DNA of 64,000 nucleotides from contig NC_086108.1 in the NCBI RefSeq assembly GCF_963921235.1, positions 55,244,001 through 55,308,000 of the forward strand, in the 5' to 3' direction. The notes beneath the pieces are model-generated. The model worked only from the letters and a program-made list of their open reading frames with translations, made no database searches and was not told the DNA's origin. Positions within the stretch are counted from its first letter, which is position 1, and every line of letters starts with the position of its first letter. A program made the position numbers and the translations under genes. Below are positions 25,172-39,040 of the stretch, one piece after another. This DNA is from Mobula hypostoma. Taxonomy: Eukaryota.

Positions 25172-26563
25172 CTTTTTTTTCAACCTTTGTGTTGATTTTT
25201 TTTTAAAAGGTGTGTATACAAACAAGAGTAGAATATCTCTGGTATATACCAGTAACAGTACATACAGAAGGTAAAATAAACAATATCAGAATCACACATA
25301 GTGTTGATCTACAAGGTATAAATTTGATATAGAATGTATAATACAGAAAAAAAATGTAATTCATTCTCCTCTTATCAAATTATGAAGAAAGGAAGGACTA
25401 TTAAAAATTATTGTATATATAAAAACAAGAAAAAAACCCACTATTCTAAACAGGAAAAAAAAAGGACTGGGCAGTCCATCCTGAGAGAAAAACCAAGAGA
25501 AGAGAGACTCTCTGATCAAATCCAAGGTTCTGAAAAAATAGCTGGAAGAGGATCAGTACAAAAATCAGATCATATGAAAATATTGAATAAAAGGTCGCTA
25601 GATTTCTTCAAATTTAAAGGATGTGTCCAATGTCTGACTTTTATTTTCTCTAGACTTAAACAGGACATGATAGAGGAAAGCCAATAAAAGGCGGTAGGAG
25701 GGTTAGGGTCCTTCCATTTAAGTCAAATGGCTTTCCTAGCCAATAGGGTTGAAATGGCTATCATCCTCTTAGCGGAAGCAGGAGTATATCCTGTAAGATT
25801 GGTAGACAAGACCTTAATCCTGTTATTAAACATACATTAAGAATTTGGTTTCAGTTTCACAGATTTTTTGAATTAAATAATTTTGTCCTTTCTCGTAAAA
25901 TATATCGTAATTATTTTTTTAAACTATTAATTTTAGATCAGGCTTTTTAATTTGGAAAACCAAAGGAATAGTAACGTTTTTGGATTTGTTTAAAGGGGAT
26001 TGTTTAATGTCTTTTACTCAGCTAGCGAATAAATTTGATTTATCCAATGTACACTTTTTTAGATACTTACAAATTAGGAATTTTTTTTTACGTACTTTGC
26101 TTCCAAGTTATCTTTCCGCTTATCCATCTAATATAATAGATACCCTGTTTCAGGTTAAACCACTCCAAAAAGGATTAATAGCTACAATTTATAAATGGTT
26201 ATTGAATTTACAAATTATATCTAATGACAAAATTAAAGCTGCCTGGGAATTGGAATTTCAAGAGTTACTTTTGATAATCAATGGAGTAAAATTTTTCATC
26301 TGGTAAATACTTCATCTATTTGTGCCCGTCATTCCTTGATACAGTTCAGGGTAGTGCATCGGGCACATATGTCAAAAGATAAGCTAGCCTGTATTTTTCC
26401 CAGTATTAATCCTATTTGTGATAGATGTAATACTCAGGTGGCCACTTTAACTCACATGTTTTGGTCTTGCATAAAGTTGGAGAATTTTTGGAAAGATGTT
26501 TTTAAAACCTTATCAAAAGCGCTGGATCTGGATTTACAACCAAACTTATTTACAGCTATTTTT
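25172..26563 (-). mobile_element. L1 insertion with 5' inversion (3' part on minus ~25172-25800; inverted ORF2 part on plus ~25805-26563)
   Basis: 18-bp TSD AGTGGCATGCAAAACTTT (25154-25171 and 26564-26581); T-rich tail; adjacent ORF2 segments in opposite orientations. Confidence 0.85.
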
Positions 26564-26779
26564 AGTGGCATGCAAAACTTTGGGCACCCCGGTCAAAATT
26601 TCTGTTACTGTGAATAGCTAAGCGAGTAAAAAAAATGACCTGATTTCGAAAAGACATAAAGTGAAAGATGACACATTTCTTTAATATTTTAAGCAAGATT
26701 ACTTTTTTATTTCCACCTTTTACAATTTCAAAAAAGGAAAAGGGCCTGAAGCAAAAGTTTGGGCACCTTGCATGGCAGT

Positions 26780-27788
26780 AATTAGTAACACCCCCTTTGG
26801 CAAGTATCACAGCTTGTAAGCGCTTTCTGTAGCCAGCTAAGAATCTTTCATTTCTTGTTTGGGGGATTTTTGCCCATTGTTCCTTGCAAAAGTCTTCTAG
26901 TTCTGTGAGATTCTTGGGCCGTCTTACATGCACTGCTCTTTTGAGGTCTATCCATAGATTTTCGATGATGTTTAGGTCGGGGGACTGTGAGGGCCATGGC
27001 AAAACCTTCAGCTTGCATCTCTTGAGGTAGTCTATTGTGGATTTTGAGGTGTGTTTAGGCTCATTATCCTGTTGTAGAAGCCATCCTCTTTTCATCTTCA
27101 GCTTTTTTTTTTTACAGACGGTGTGATGTTTGCTTCCAGAATTTGCTGGTATTTAATTGAATTCATTCTTCCCTCTACCAGTGCTACTGGCTACAACACA
27201 AGCCCAAAGCATGATCTAAGCACCCCTGTGCTTAACGGTTGGAGAGGTGTTCTTTTCATGAAATTCTGCACCCGTTTTTCTCCAAACATACCTTTGCTCA
27301 TTGAGGCCAAAAAGTTCTATTTTAACTTCATCAGTCCACAGGACTTGTTTTCAAAATGCATCAGGCTTGTTTAGATGTTCCTTTGCAAACTTCTGACGCT
27401 GAATTTTGTGGTGAGGACGCAGGAAAGGTTTTCTTCTGATGACTGTTCCATGAAGGTCATATTTGTGCAGGTGTTGCTACACAGTAGAACAGTGCACCAC
27501 CACTCCAGAGTCTGCTAAATCTTCCTGAAGGTCTTTTGCAGTCAAACGGGGGTTTTGATGTGCCTTTACAGCAATCCTACGAGCAGTTCTCTTGGAAAGT
27601 TTTCTTGGTCTTTTAGGCTTAAACTTAACTTCCACTGTTCCTGTTAACTGCCATTTCTTAATTACATTATGAACTGAGGAAACGGCTACCTGAAAACGCT
27701 TTGCTGTCATCTTATAGCTTTCTCCTGCTTTGTGGGCATCATTTATTTTAATTTTCAGAGTGCTAGGCAGCTGCTTAGAGGAGCCCAT
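26780..27788 (-). pseudogene. Tc1 transposase, disrupted
   Basis: N-terminal HTH MGSSKQL...RPRKLS; catalytic QQDNEPKH...WPSQSPDLNIIENLW; split by stops and deletions. Confidence 0.9.
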
Positions 27789-28699
27789 GGCTGTTGATTA
27801 TTGGGACAAGGTTTAAGGAGTCAGGGTATTTATAAAGCTTTGAAATTTGCATCACCTAGCCTTTCCTAATGATGATTGGGAACAAGCCATAGCCCTAATA
27901 AGCTAATTAAGGTCTGAGAACTTGGTAAAAGTTATCTGAGAGCTTAAATCTCTTGGGATGCCCAAACTTTTGCAAGGTGCTCTTTTCCTTTTTTTCCTCT
28001 CTAAAATTGTACAAAACAAAAAATAATACACTAACCTTGTTTAAAATGTTGAAAAGAATGTTTCATCTTTAACTTTATGACTTTTGGAGATCAGTTCATC
28101 TTCTACTCACTTAACTATTCACAGTAACAGAAATTTTGACCAGGGGTGCCCAAACTTTTGCATACCACTGTATGTAAATGACTTAAATATTGGAATACAG
28201 TAAAATTTTAAACATTTGTGCATGGTGCCAAAGTTAGCTTGACAAATAGAGAATATTATAATGTACAGAAACTGTCAGGTTAGCGGAACTAGCATACAAG
28301 TGGCTGAGGAAATTTAATATGGAGAAGTACGTGGTGACACAGCCTAAGAGCAGGATGGGAGAAGTGAAATAGGTGATTCTGTTGTTCTGAAGAATGTGCA
28401 GGGACTGAGTAACCTGTGGTTCATGGTGCATAGATGGTTAATGGTGGTTGGACATATTGAGAAAGTGGTTAACAAACCAAAAGAAATTTTGAACTTCATG
28501 AAATGTGGTATTGAATACTCAAGCAGGGAAGTTATTATGAACCATTGCACAATTATGGTTATACAATTAGCATATTGTGTCCAATTCTAGTCAACACCAC
28601 ATTAGAAAAGATGTATGCATCTTTCAAAATGCAGAAGAGATTTATTAGTGCATGAGACCAGGGATATGAGAGTTTTGCTATCAGATTAGGATGGACCAA

Positions 28700-31600
28700 T
28701 CAAGAATCTGTCAACCCCTGCCTTAAGCATAGATAAAGACTTGGCCAAAGGTATCAAGGTGGCAGGGATTGAACAGAAAGTGGCGTTATTCGCAGATGAT
28801 GTTTTGGTCTATCTGAGTGAACCAGAAAAATCATTTATAGGATTGTTTACACTGTTGGATGACTTTGGGAAAATATCAGGTTATAAAATAAATGTAAAGA
28901 AAACGCAGGTTATGTCCCTAAATTATACACCATCCAAAAAATTGCAGGATACATACGATCTTAAGTGGGAAGCTAAATCATTAAAATATTTAGGAATAAC
29001 CCTGCCGAAGGATCTTTCAACACTGTCACAGGTAAATTATGGGCCTTTAATCTCAGAGATAAAAGCAGATATGCATAGATGGAATCTTATCCCTTTTTAA
29101 GTTTAAATTCAAGGATAAATACTATAAAAATGAATATTCTTCCTCGGTTATTGTATCTTTTCCGTACTTTACCAGTGGAGGTGGATGATAATCAATTCAG
29201 GGAATGGGACAAATGGATTTTCCGCTTCATTTGGCAAGGAAGGAAACCTAGAATTCGATATAACACCTTACAGTTAGGGAAGGAAGGAGGAGGTATGGTT
29301 CTTCCTTGCCTGAGAAATTATTTTTATGCCTCACAGATAACCCCTCTGTTATATTGGTGTAATAGGGAATATAAGGCTAGATGGAAGGAAATAGAATTTG
29401 GATTAGTTGACAGTTTTCCTCTTCAGGCCTCAATAGCTGACAAAGGATTGATGGCCCAGTTGGAAAAATTTAATAATGCTTGGATAAATCTTACATTAAA
29501 AGTATGGCAGAAGGTGGTTAATTCATGTGGAATTAATAACATGTTAAAACTCTTTAGATGGTGTGCATATGATACCGAATTCCTTCCCAACAGAGGAGAT
29601 AAAAGATTTGAGCTATGGATAAAGAAAGGTCTTACAACCTACCTCTCATTTATAGATAAAAGAGTATTACAAAGTTTCCAAATCCTGCAGGACAAACATG
29701 GCCAAGAACATAATGACTTTTTTAGGTACCTTCAAATACGAAACTATGTTAACCAGAGTTGTAGATATACAGACCTATCAAAAGTAGAATTAGAATTTTT
29801 CAAGATTCTGAATTCGGCTTGCAGTTCAATACCTAGTAAATCAGTTTCTCGCCTATATAATGCACTCTCCCATGCTAAAAATGTAAATACACTGTATATT
29901 AAAGAGAAGTGGGAGAAAGAAGCAGGGTTGGTACTTTCAGAGGAGGCTTGGGGGAAAATCTGCAGCTTTCAATGGTCCTCGACTAATTCTTTGACTTGGA
30001 GAGAACATTGTTGGAAAAACATTATAAGATACTTCAAGACCCCATATCAGGAAAAATATAAAGATATAAATATGATGTGTTAGAGAAGGTGTGGCTCCAA
30101 GGAGGCGAATCATTTTCATATTTTCTGGGATTGCCCTAAATTAAGTCTATTTTGGGAAGGTATTCATAGAACATTAGTTAAGGTACTTAGGTCCCAGATA
30201 CCTCTGAACTTTGAGATGCTCTATTTGGGGCATGTAATGTTCCTTGAACAGAAGGAAGATATAAAGTTGCTGCAGGCCCTCTTAGCGGCAAGTAAGAAAT
30301 CAATCACTAGAAAATGGCTAAATCCAATACCACCTACATTAGAAGATTGGTACGAAATTATCTTGGAAATATTTAAAATGGAAAAGTTGACTTACTCCCT
30401 GAGAACTCAAAAAGAAACGTTTTATCAAATCTGGAATAAATGGATTGAATATATAACCCCAATGCGAGCAGACTTTAGATGACTCTCCTAATGATTTATA
30501 TTGCTCTTCTCATCAACACAGTAATATTGCTAACGTAAACACCCCTAGTCTAAATGTTTGTTTTTTTTGGAAAATAGAGAATTAACACAAGTAAAGGGAA
30601 AGATTTGGGAAAGGGATAAAAAAAATGAAAAAATTAAGTAAATAAGTACATAGGGATTGGATAATTATGTCTGCGGGCAGGAACAAGCATGAACAAATTG
30701 GGATATAAACACCTACAATGGTTGGTATATAGGCTTGTATGCAACATTTTGGACCAGTGGAAATGGTCCAGAAGGGTTGTATGGAAACTATTATTACCAT
30801 TTTTCTTAACAACTAATTTCATTACTTAGCCTAATAGGTTAGATTTACCACAGTACATAATTATCTATTTAAATGTTTATTTTCCTTTTATATCATCTCA
30901 ATGTGTACTTAAGAATGTATAAATAATTGTAGTTTTATACATATAAAAAAATGGAAAAGGTTATATGTGTGAAAAAAGTACATGATAATTGTGAATTCCT
31001 TATCCAAATAAAAATAAAATTTTAAAAAAAAGATAAAGACTTGGCCTTCACAGTTATCTGTGGCAATGAATTCCATAGATTTACCATTCTCTGGCTAAAG
31101 AAATTCCTCCTCATCTCTGTTCCAAAATGCTGCCCCACTATTCTGAGGCCGTCCTCCTGATCTTGGACTCTCCAACCATAGGAAACATCCTCTTTACATC
31201 CACTCTATCAAGGCCTTTTACTATTTGATAGGTTTCAATGAAGTCACCCCTTATTCTTCTGAGTTCTCCTGAATACAGGCCCGGAGCCATCAAATACTTT
31301 TCACATGACAAGCCATTTAATCCTGGAATCATTTTCATGAACCTTCCTTGAACTTTCTCCAGTTACAGCACATTTCTAGGATGAGGGCCCAAAACTGCTC
31401 CCAATACTCCAAATGACACCTCACCAGTGCTTTATAAAGTTTCAACACTACATCTTTGCTTTTATATTCTAGCCATCTTGAAATCAATGCTAACGTGCAT
31501 TTGCCTTCCTTACCACAGACTGCAAACTAACCTTCAGCGAATCCTGCACAAGGACTCCCAAATCCCTTTGCGCCTCAGTTTTTTGTATTTTCTCTCCATT

Positions 31601-32535
31601 TAGAAAATAGTCAATCCTTCATTTATTCTACCAAAGTGCATGACCAGACACTTCCTGACACTGTATTCCATCTGCTACTTCTTTGCCCATTCTCCTAATT
31701 TGTCTAGGTCTTTCTGTAGCCTCTCTACTTCCTCAAAACTACCTGACCCTCCACCTATCATCATATTGTTTGCAAATGTTGCAATAAAGCCATCAGTTCC
31801 ATCATCCAAATCATTGATATATAACGTACAAAGAATTGATCCCAACACAGATCTCTGTGGAACACCAGTAGTCACCAGCAGCCAACCAGAAAAGGTTCAC
31901 TTTATTCCCACTCTTTGCCTCCTGCCATTTGGCCATTGCTTTATCCATGTAAAATCTTTCCTGTAATAGCATGGGCTTGTAGCTTGTTAAGCAGCCTCAT
32001 GTATGACACCTTATCAAAGGCCTTCTGAAAATCTAAGTACACAACATCAACTGATTCTCCTTTGTCTAACCTGTTATTTCTTCACAGAATTCCAACAGAT
32101 TTGTCAGGCAAGATTTTCCCTTGAGGAAACCATGCTGACTATTGCCTATTTTATGATTTGGCTCCAAGAACCCTGAGGCCTTATCCTTAATATTTGACTC
32201 CAACATCTTCCCATCCACTGAGGTCAGGCTAACTGGCCTCTGGTTTCCTTTCTTCTGCCACTTTCATTTCTTGAAGAGTGTAATGACTTTTTCAATTTTC
32301 CAGTCTTCCGGGAGCATTCCAGAATTTAGTGATTCCTGAAAGGTCATTACTATTGCCTCCACAATGTCTTCTGCCACCTCTTTCAGAACCTTGGGGCATG
32401 CACTAGCTGGTCCAGCTGATTTGTCTATCTTCAGACCTGTCAGTTTCCCCAAATATCTTCTCCCTAGTAATGGTAACTTCACATAATTCATGACCCCTGA
32501 CCCCTGGAACTTCCACCATACTGTTAGTGTCTTCT
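28700..32535 (-). mobile_element. CR1 LINE fragment (28700-28746 and 31047-32535) interrupted by L1
   Basis: GVPQRSVLG, YINDLDD, PEDWKI motifs on the minus strand. Confidence 0.85.
28747..31030 (+). mobile_element. Young 5'-truncated fish-type L1 (ORF2 3' half, 3' UTR, poly-A)
   Basis: ALFADDVLVYL, KYLGI, KMNILPRLLYLF; 16-bp TSD AGATAAAGACTTGGCC (28731-28746 and 31031-31046); AATAAA plus A tail. Confidence 0.93.
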
Positions 32536-32582
32536 CAAGTACCTATAAATGGGATTAATACAGAAACGAATTTGATTTGCAT

Positions 32583-32839
32583 TTAAAAGTTGCTGGTGAA
32601 CGCAGCAGGCCAGGCAGCATTTCTAGGAAGAGGTACAGTTGACGTTTCGGGCCGAGACCCTTCGTCAGGACTAACTGAAAGTAGAGCTAGTAAGAGATTT
32701 GAAAGTTAGTCCTGACGAAAGGTCTTAGCCTGAAACGTCGACTGTACCTCTTCCTAGAGATGCTGCCTGGCCTGCTGCGTTTGCCAGCAACTTTTATGTG
32801 TGTTGCTTGAAATTCCAGCATCTGCAGATTTCCTCGCGT
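32583..32839. mobile_element. Short Penelope-like insertion made of two inverted 3' ends
   Basis: Inverted arms; 12-bp TSD TTTGATTTGCAT (32571-32582 and 32840-32851); homologous to the ends of the GIY-YIG elements at 49 and 58 kb. Confidence 0.85.
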
Positions 32840-33354
32840 TTTGATTTGCATGGATGTGCTGAGCTCAAGTCTGCTCTGTGCTGTCTGACTGTATAACTGC
32901 ATGAATTTAGTTTTGCCAAAGCCATTAATACTTCACATGGCCAAATGATGTCTCGCTGCTGAGGGCCAGCACGCTTGTAATTCATCTTACTTATCTTTAA
33001 ACTCTGACTGTATTGAGTTCTGCATAGGAGTCTGAGTGTTGTGAGCACACTATTGGCGAATATGACCTGGTTCACAACATTACTGATGCCACTATATGGG
33101 CTGAGAGTAGTCTGATAGCTTGATGAAACTTCTTCTGTACCTGTGAGGGTTGGAATTTTCTTGGCAGATGCGTTTTGAAAGTTTGGGTGCATTCTTTTCC
33201 ACCCATTATATTGGAGGTTTGGTGAATACATACTTAACTCACTGATAAATGCTCATAAAAGGTTTATTTTTTTCTGGGAGCTTAAATTTTTAAGAATACC
33301 AGCATACTGCTGTCCTTTCATGAATAACACCAAAATCTTGGATCTGTTATTTTA

Positions 33355-34040
33355 GATCAGATTAGATTATGAGGACACTCAGTCCTTGTTTATTGTCATT
33401 TAGAAATACATGCATTAAGAAATAGTACAATGATCCTCCAGAGTGATATCACAAAAAAAAAACAGGACAAACCAAAGACTAACATTGACAAGACCACATA
33501 ATTATAACATATAGTTACAGCAGTGCAAAGCAATACCATAATTTGATAAAGAGCAGACCACGGGCACGGTTTAAAAAAAAAAGTCTCAAAGTTCCGATTG
33601 ACACCCAATAGTCCCGATAGCAGGTGGCAAAAAGGAGAAACTCTCCCTGCTGTATACCTCCAGGTGCCGACAATTGCCGATGCATTGGAAGCACCCGATC
33701 ACAGCCGACTCGGAGTCCATCCGAAAACTTCGAGTCTCCAACCAGCCTCTCCGATACAGCCTCCCGAGCACTATCCTCTGCTGAGCGCTTCGACCCCGCC
33801 CCGGCAGCCAAGCAACAAGCAAAGCCGAGGACTCGGGGCCTTCCCCTCTGGAGATTCTGGATCAAACAGTAGCAGTGGCAGCGAAACAGGCATTTCAGAA
33901 GTTTCTCCAGATGTTCCTCCATGCTCTCACATCTGTCTCCATCAAATCAGGATTGTGCACGGCACCCTACTTGACAGATGACAGATAGCATTCACCGGAG
34001 TGGCCACTGCGCGCTGTGTCGCGCAGCCATCTTCTCCGAT
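33355..34040 (-). mobile_element. Non-autonomous non-LTR element with (AATCT)n tail
   Basis: Homologous to 12180-12668; begins with an AAGATGGC motif on the minus strand. Confidence 0.7.
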
Positions 34041-34094
34041 TATTTATTTTAATCTTCACCAATTTGAGCCCATGTTCTTTGCTATAACACCCTG

Positions 34095-35929
34095 GTTTAT
34101 TTAGAAAAATACAGCATTGCATGAATGTATGCCTTTCATGATGAAGATGTCTCCGAGTTTAAGGGAGGGGCCATGAGCTTCACCTGGAAGTGCACGAGGA
34201 CGTTGTCCCCCCAAAGATCGGCCAGGGTCTATCCAAACCCGAAACCCTGGATCAACAGTTCCATGCACACTGCACTCATCACGCGAGACAGAGGTTTCGC
34301 AGCCAGTAACCACCAGAACTCAAGAAGTGCAGTTACAATCTACACAAAGTCATCGAGGCAGCGAAATGACAATACAGGGACAAGATCCAGACACAACTGT
34401 CCACGAACAACACACGCAGCTTATGGCAAGGTCTGCACACCATTGAAGATTTAAAAGCTAAATGCGATGGTGCTGCTGACATTGCTGCTTCTCTACCAGA
34501 TGAGTTAAATCTTTTTTACGCTTGGTTTGATGTCGCCAACACTGAGTCCCCGGGGAGAGCCACTGAAGCGACCTGCACCTTGGTCATCTCTGAGGCTGAA
34601 GTACACAGGTGTTTCCAACGAGTGGACAGTCGCACGGCTGCGGAACCAAACGGCAACCCAGGGCGGATACTTGGAGTATGCGTGGCACCACTGGCTGGTG
34701 TGTTTGCAGACATTTTTAATCTCTCCCTCTCCCAGTGTAGAGTGCCCTCCTGCTTCAAAACATCCACCTTTGTCCCTGTACATAAAAAGACCAAGGTAAC
34801 CTGTCTGAACGACTGGTGTCCAGTCACACTCACCTCAATAATAAGCAAATGCTTTGAGCTGCTCAAGGACTATATCTGCAGCATGCTACCACCCACACCG
34901 GACCCCCTACAATTTACCTACCAACACAGCTGATCAACAGATGATGTAATAGCCAATGCTCTACACACTGTGCTTACACCTGGAGAGGAGGGATGCTTAT
35001 GTGAGAATGCTGTTCTTGGACTACAGTTCAGCATTCAACACATAATTCCCTCCAGGCTCGACAAGAAGCTCAGAAACCTCGGCCTTCACCCCACTTTGTG
35101 TAGCTGGAAACTGGACCTCCTGTCAGATCACTGGCAGGTAGCAAGAGTGGGCTCCCTCACCTCTGCTGCTCTGACCCTCAAAACAGGAGCCTCTCAGAAC
35201 TGTGACCTAAGCCCCCTCCTTTACTCTCTGTACACCTATGACTGTGTTGCCACCTACAGCTCCAACCTGCCAATTAAATTTGCTGATGATACTATATTGA
35301 TTGGCCTCATCTCAAATAATAATGAGGCAGGGTGAACAGCTTCAAGTTCCTTGGTACACACATCACTTGGTTTATACATATTGGCTGTGTGGTGTAAAAA
35401 GCATAACAGTGCCTCTTTCATCTCGGACGGTTGAAGAAGTTCGGCATGAGTCCCCAAATCCTAAGGACTTTCTACAGGGGCACAATTGAGAGCATCCTGA
35501 CTGCCTGGTATGGGAACTGTACTTCCCTCAATGGCAGGACTGTGCAAAGAGTGATGCGGACAGCCCAGCACATCTGAACTTCCCACCATTCAGGACGTTT
35601 AAAGTGACAGGTGAGTTAAAAAGGGCCCAAAAGATTATTGGGAACCCAAGTCATCCAACCACAAACGTTCCAGGTGCTACCATCCGGGAAACGGTAACGC
35701 AGCATTAAAGCCAGGACCAACAGGCTCCGGGACAGCTTCTTCCACTAGGCTATCAGACTGATTAATTCATGCTGATACAATTGTATTTCTATGCTATACT
35801 GACTTCTGTGGTACATACTATTTATTACAAATTACTATAGTTAGCACATTGCACATTCAGATGGAGATGTAACGTAAAGGTTTTTACTCCTCAGGTATGT
35901 GAAGGGTGTCAGAATTCAATTCAATTCAA
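34095..35929 (+). mobile_element. Rex1/Babar-like LINE, disrupted
   Basis: YPNPKPWIN, VFADIFNLSL...VPSCFKTS, LSPLLYSLYT, IKFADDT; (AATTC)n tail. Confidence 0.85.
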
Positions 35930-37319
35930 GCCCATGTCGACCATTGTATCTATCCAGTTAGTCCCAATTTCCTATATTTCACCCATATCCCTCCAAACCT
36001 TGCTGCTCCATCTACCTGTCCAAATATTTGAAACCTATTTTCCACAACTTTTCCTGTATTTTTTTTTTCTTATTCTCTTCTTTTGAGGGGGAGGGTGTGA
36101 GCTGGAATTTGCTGGGAAGACCAGAATGTACAGCTCATTCTTAGTTGCCTCAAAAAAGTGGTGCCTGGCTTCCTCCATGTATCACAAGTCCTTCTGATGA
36201 AGCTACTTCCACAGTTTTGTTGAGTTGGAATTTCCAAAATCATATTCACAGGTGATGAAGACGTGATTATATAGTTCCATATCTGAGTGGCGTGGAACTT
36301 GAAGAATGTGAGGTAGCTTTGCTTCCCGTGTCCACTGCTCTTTTTGTCCTTGATGACAGAGATGACAGCTAATGCTGACAGAGTAGCTCGTGCAAATATC
36401 TATAGTGTATCTTGCTGTGGTAAATTCTGCAGCTACTGAGCTAATGGCAGATAACACCACTTCATGGAAGAGGAATCAATTGAGTACGAACTTTGAGAAG
36501 ACTCTACTCAAATCTTTCATCTCCTCAATACAGCCTCGCGCCCATTTGTCCATTTCTCTTTTGTTTCTTGGTCAGTATTTAATAATTGTGTATGAATAAT
36601 TTTTGTGAGTGGGACTTATTTGGTGTTTTTCTAAATTGACTTTCATGTGGAGCATGTCTCAGATCATTTCAGATACATTGCTTGCAGTGACTTTTTTTTC
36701 TGTATTAACTTCTGATTTGCTTGTGATAAACAGATTTCTCCACTCAGTGTTAGATAATTGATTCACAGATCCTCCCTAGGTTACAAATGCCTAACTTGCA
36801 TGCAGCTGTACATATGAGCATTTAGGGGCTGGTGCAATGTATTTGGTGGCTGCTGCAGGCATCGTCTATCACCTGGTTCATGGCTGCATTTCCTGTTATA
36901 TGAACCAAGTGGGTTGTGAACATTTCAGAGAAAATGAACCTTTCTGTGTCCTGGGGAGAACTGGTACCAGTAATATCTATCAGTGTAAGGTTGTCAATGG
37001 ATCAAAAATAAACTTATGCTTGGCAAAATAAATTCACCCATTTCCCTGGTCATTGCACTCCAGAAGAATAGACCTACTAGAAGTCTGTGTTATACACTGT
37101 AACTCTGCTTTATTGAAATGGAACTGTTCAAAGTATTATCAAAGTACATTTATGTCACCATATATAACACTGAAATTCATTTTCTTACAGGCAATCACAG
37201 TAAATACAAGAAACACAACAGAATCAATGAGAGACCACATCTAATAGGAGTGACAACAACCAATGTGCAAAAATGAAAAACAAACTGCAAATACAAAAAG
37301 AAAGAATAAGTAAGCAATA

Positions 37320-38840
37320 TGTCCCTGGCACCTGCGAGGCAACATATCATCCTGGAATATTGCTGTCATCAGTAGAACCTCCTGTCTGTTCCCCTAACCA
37401 ATGAATCCACTATCACTGCAGCTTGCTTCTCTCTTCTCCCCCCCCTCCCCACCCCCACTTCCCTTCTGAGCCACAGAGCAATCTTCAGTGCCAGAGATCT
37501 GGCCGCTGTGGCTTTCCTTGGCTATATCATCCCCCAACAGCATCCAAAGCAGTATAGAATTAAAACAAATTAAACATATATAAAAAAAAAAGATCTACCT
37601 ACAACCTTTTCCTCTCCTAGCTGGAACCTCTATGAGCCAAAGCCAGAGCCAAACTCTCTCGCACTGTGCACTCTGCATAAACCTACCTCTTTTTTATTGA
37701 CCCTTGTCATGTGCCTAATTTGCACAATCCAAAGTCTCCTTGGCAACTGTGGCACACAGAATGTCGCGACTGCTCCCACTCACTACCTTTCACTACACAT
37801 GCCAACATTTTCTCAGAGATGGTGGCACACAGAATGTCCTTACTGTCCTTGCTCGCATCTGTTGAAATCTCTCTCCCTCTACTCAATCTAGCATCTCCTT
37901 GTGAACTGTGGCGGGATGTTAAAATTTTGATTCCTCTCGAAATGAATGCTAATATTGCACTTGCCTCCTTTGCTATCAACTCAACCTGTAAGTTAATCTT
38001 TATGGAATCCTGCACGAGGACTCCCAAGCCCCTTTGTGCATCTGATTTGAATTTGCTCCCCATTTAGAAAATAATCCATGCCTTTATTCCTTCTACCAAA
38101 TTGGCGAGATTGTACATTTCCTTACACCATATTCCATCTGCCACTTGTACATTCGTCTAATCTGTTCAAGTCCTTCTGCTGACTTCCTCAATACTATCTT
38201 TTCTCTCCATCTGTCTTTACATTGTGCACATACTTGGCCATGAATTCATCAATTCCATCATCCATATCATTGACATATAACGTAAAAAGAAGCAGCCCCA
38301 ACACTGGCCTCTGCAGAACACTAGCAGCCATGCAGAAAAGGATCTCTTTGCTTCCAAAGGTCAACCAATCTTCTATCCATGCTAGTATCTTTCCTGTAAT
38401 ACCATGGGCTCTTATCTTGTTTAGCAGCCTCAGGTGCAGCACCTTGTCAGAGGCCTTCTGAAAATTGAAGTAAACAACATCCACGGATTCTCAGTTGTCT
38501 ATTATGCCTGTTACTGCTTCTGAAACCATTCCAGAATCTCGAGATTCTTGAAAGATCACTACTAATGCCTCCACAATCTCTTCAGCTACCTCTTTCAGAA
38601 CACAGGAGTTTTGTCCATCCGGTCCAAGGGATTTATTTACCTTTCAACTTCCCAAGCACCTTCTGCTTAGTGATAGTAACTACACTCATTTCTGCCCCCG
38701 AAACGCTCCAATTTTTGGCATGCAGTTTGTGTCTTCCACAGTGAATATTGACTTTAAATACATATTTAGTTTGTCCACCATTTCTTTGTCCCCACTGCTA
38801 CCTCTCCAGTGTCATTTTCTTGTGGTCCAACATCCATTCA
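37320..38840 (-). mobile_element. Degenerate CR1 fragments
   Basis: DVVYFNFQKASDKV, LYVNDMDDG motifs; ORF1-region remnant near 37320-37700. Confidence 0.7.
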
Positions 38841-38939
38841 TTTTTTCCTCTTCTGTATAGCTATGGTGGTTGTGCAATATTTTGCACACAGTTCTCCTAA
38901 GATGCAATATTCTATATTTAGAGCTAGGTATACAGTATG

Positions 38940-39040
38940 AACAAAGGCCTGGCAATCTACTTCCATATCTTAGACAAAAACTGCGTAGGGTCACCATGAG
39001 TCAACAACGACTTGATGGCACTCAATAACAACAACAGCAA
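38940..39040 (+). mobile_element. RTE-type 3' tail fragment
   Basis: GGGTCACCATGAGTC...GACTTGATGGCAC followed by (ACA)n. Confidence 0.55.

Larger units (their letters stand above)
25153..28170 (-). mobile_element. Tc1-family DNA transposon with long IR/DR-type inverted repeats; left tip displaced by an L1 insertion
   Basis: TA-CAGTGGCATGCAAAA ... TTTTGCATACCACTG-TA termini; ~200-bp IRs with internal repeats of the terminal motif. Confidence 0.93.
24400..28680 (+). mobile_element. Old degenerate CR1 (pieces ~24400-25150 and 28171-28680) split by the Tc1 element
   Basis: Eroded RT motifs continue across the TA insertion site. Confidence 0.6.
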
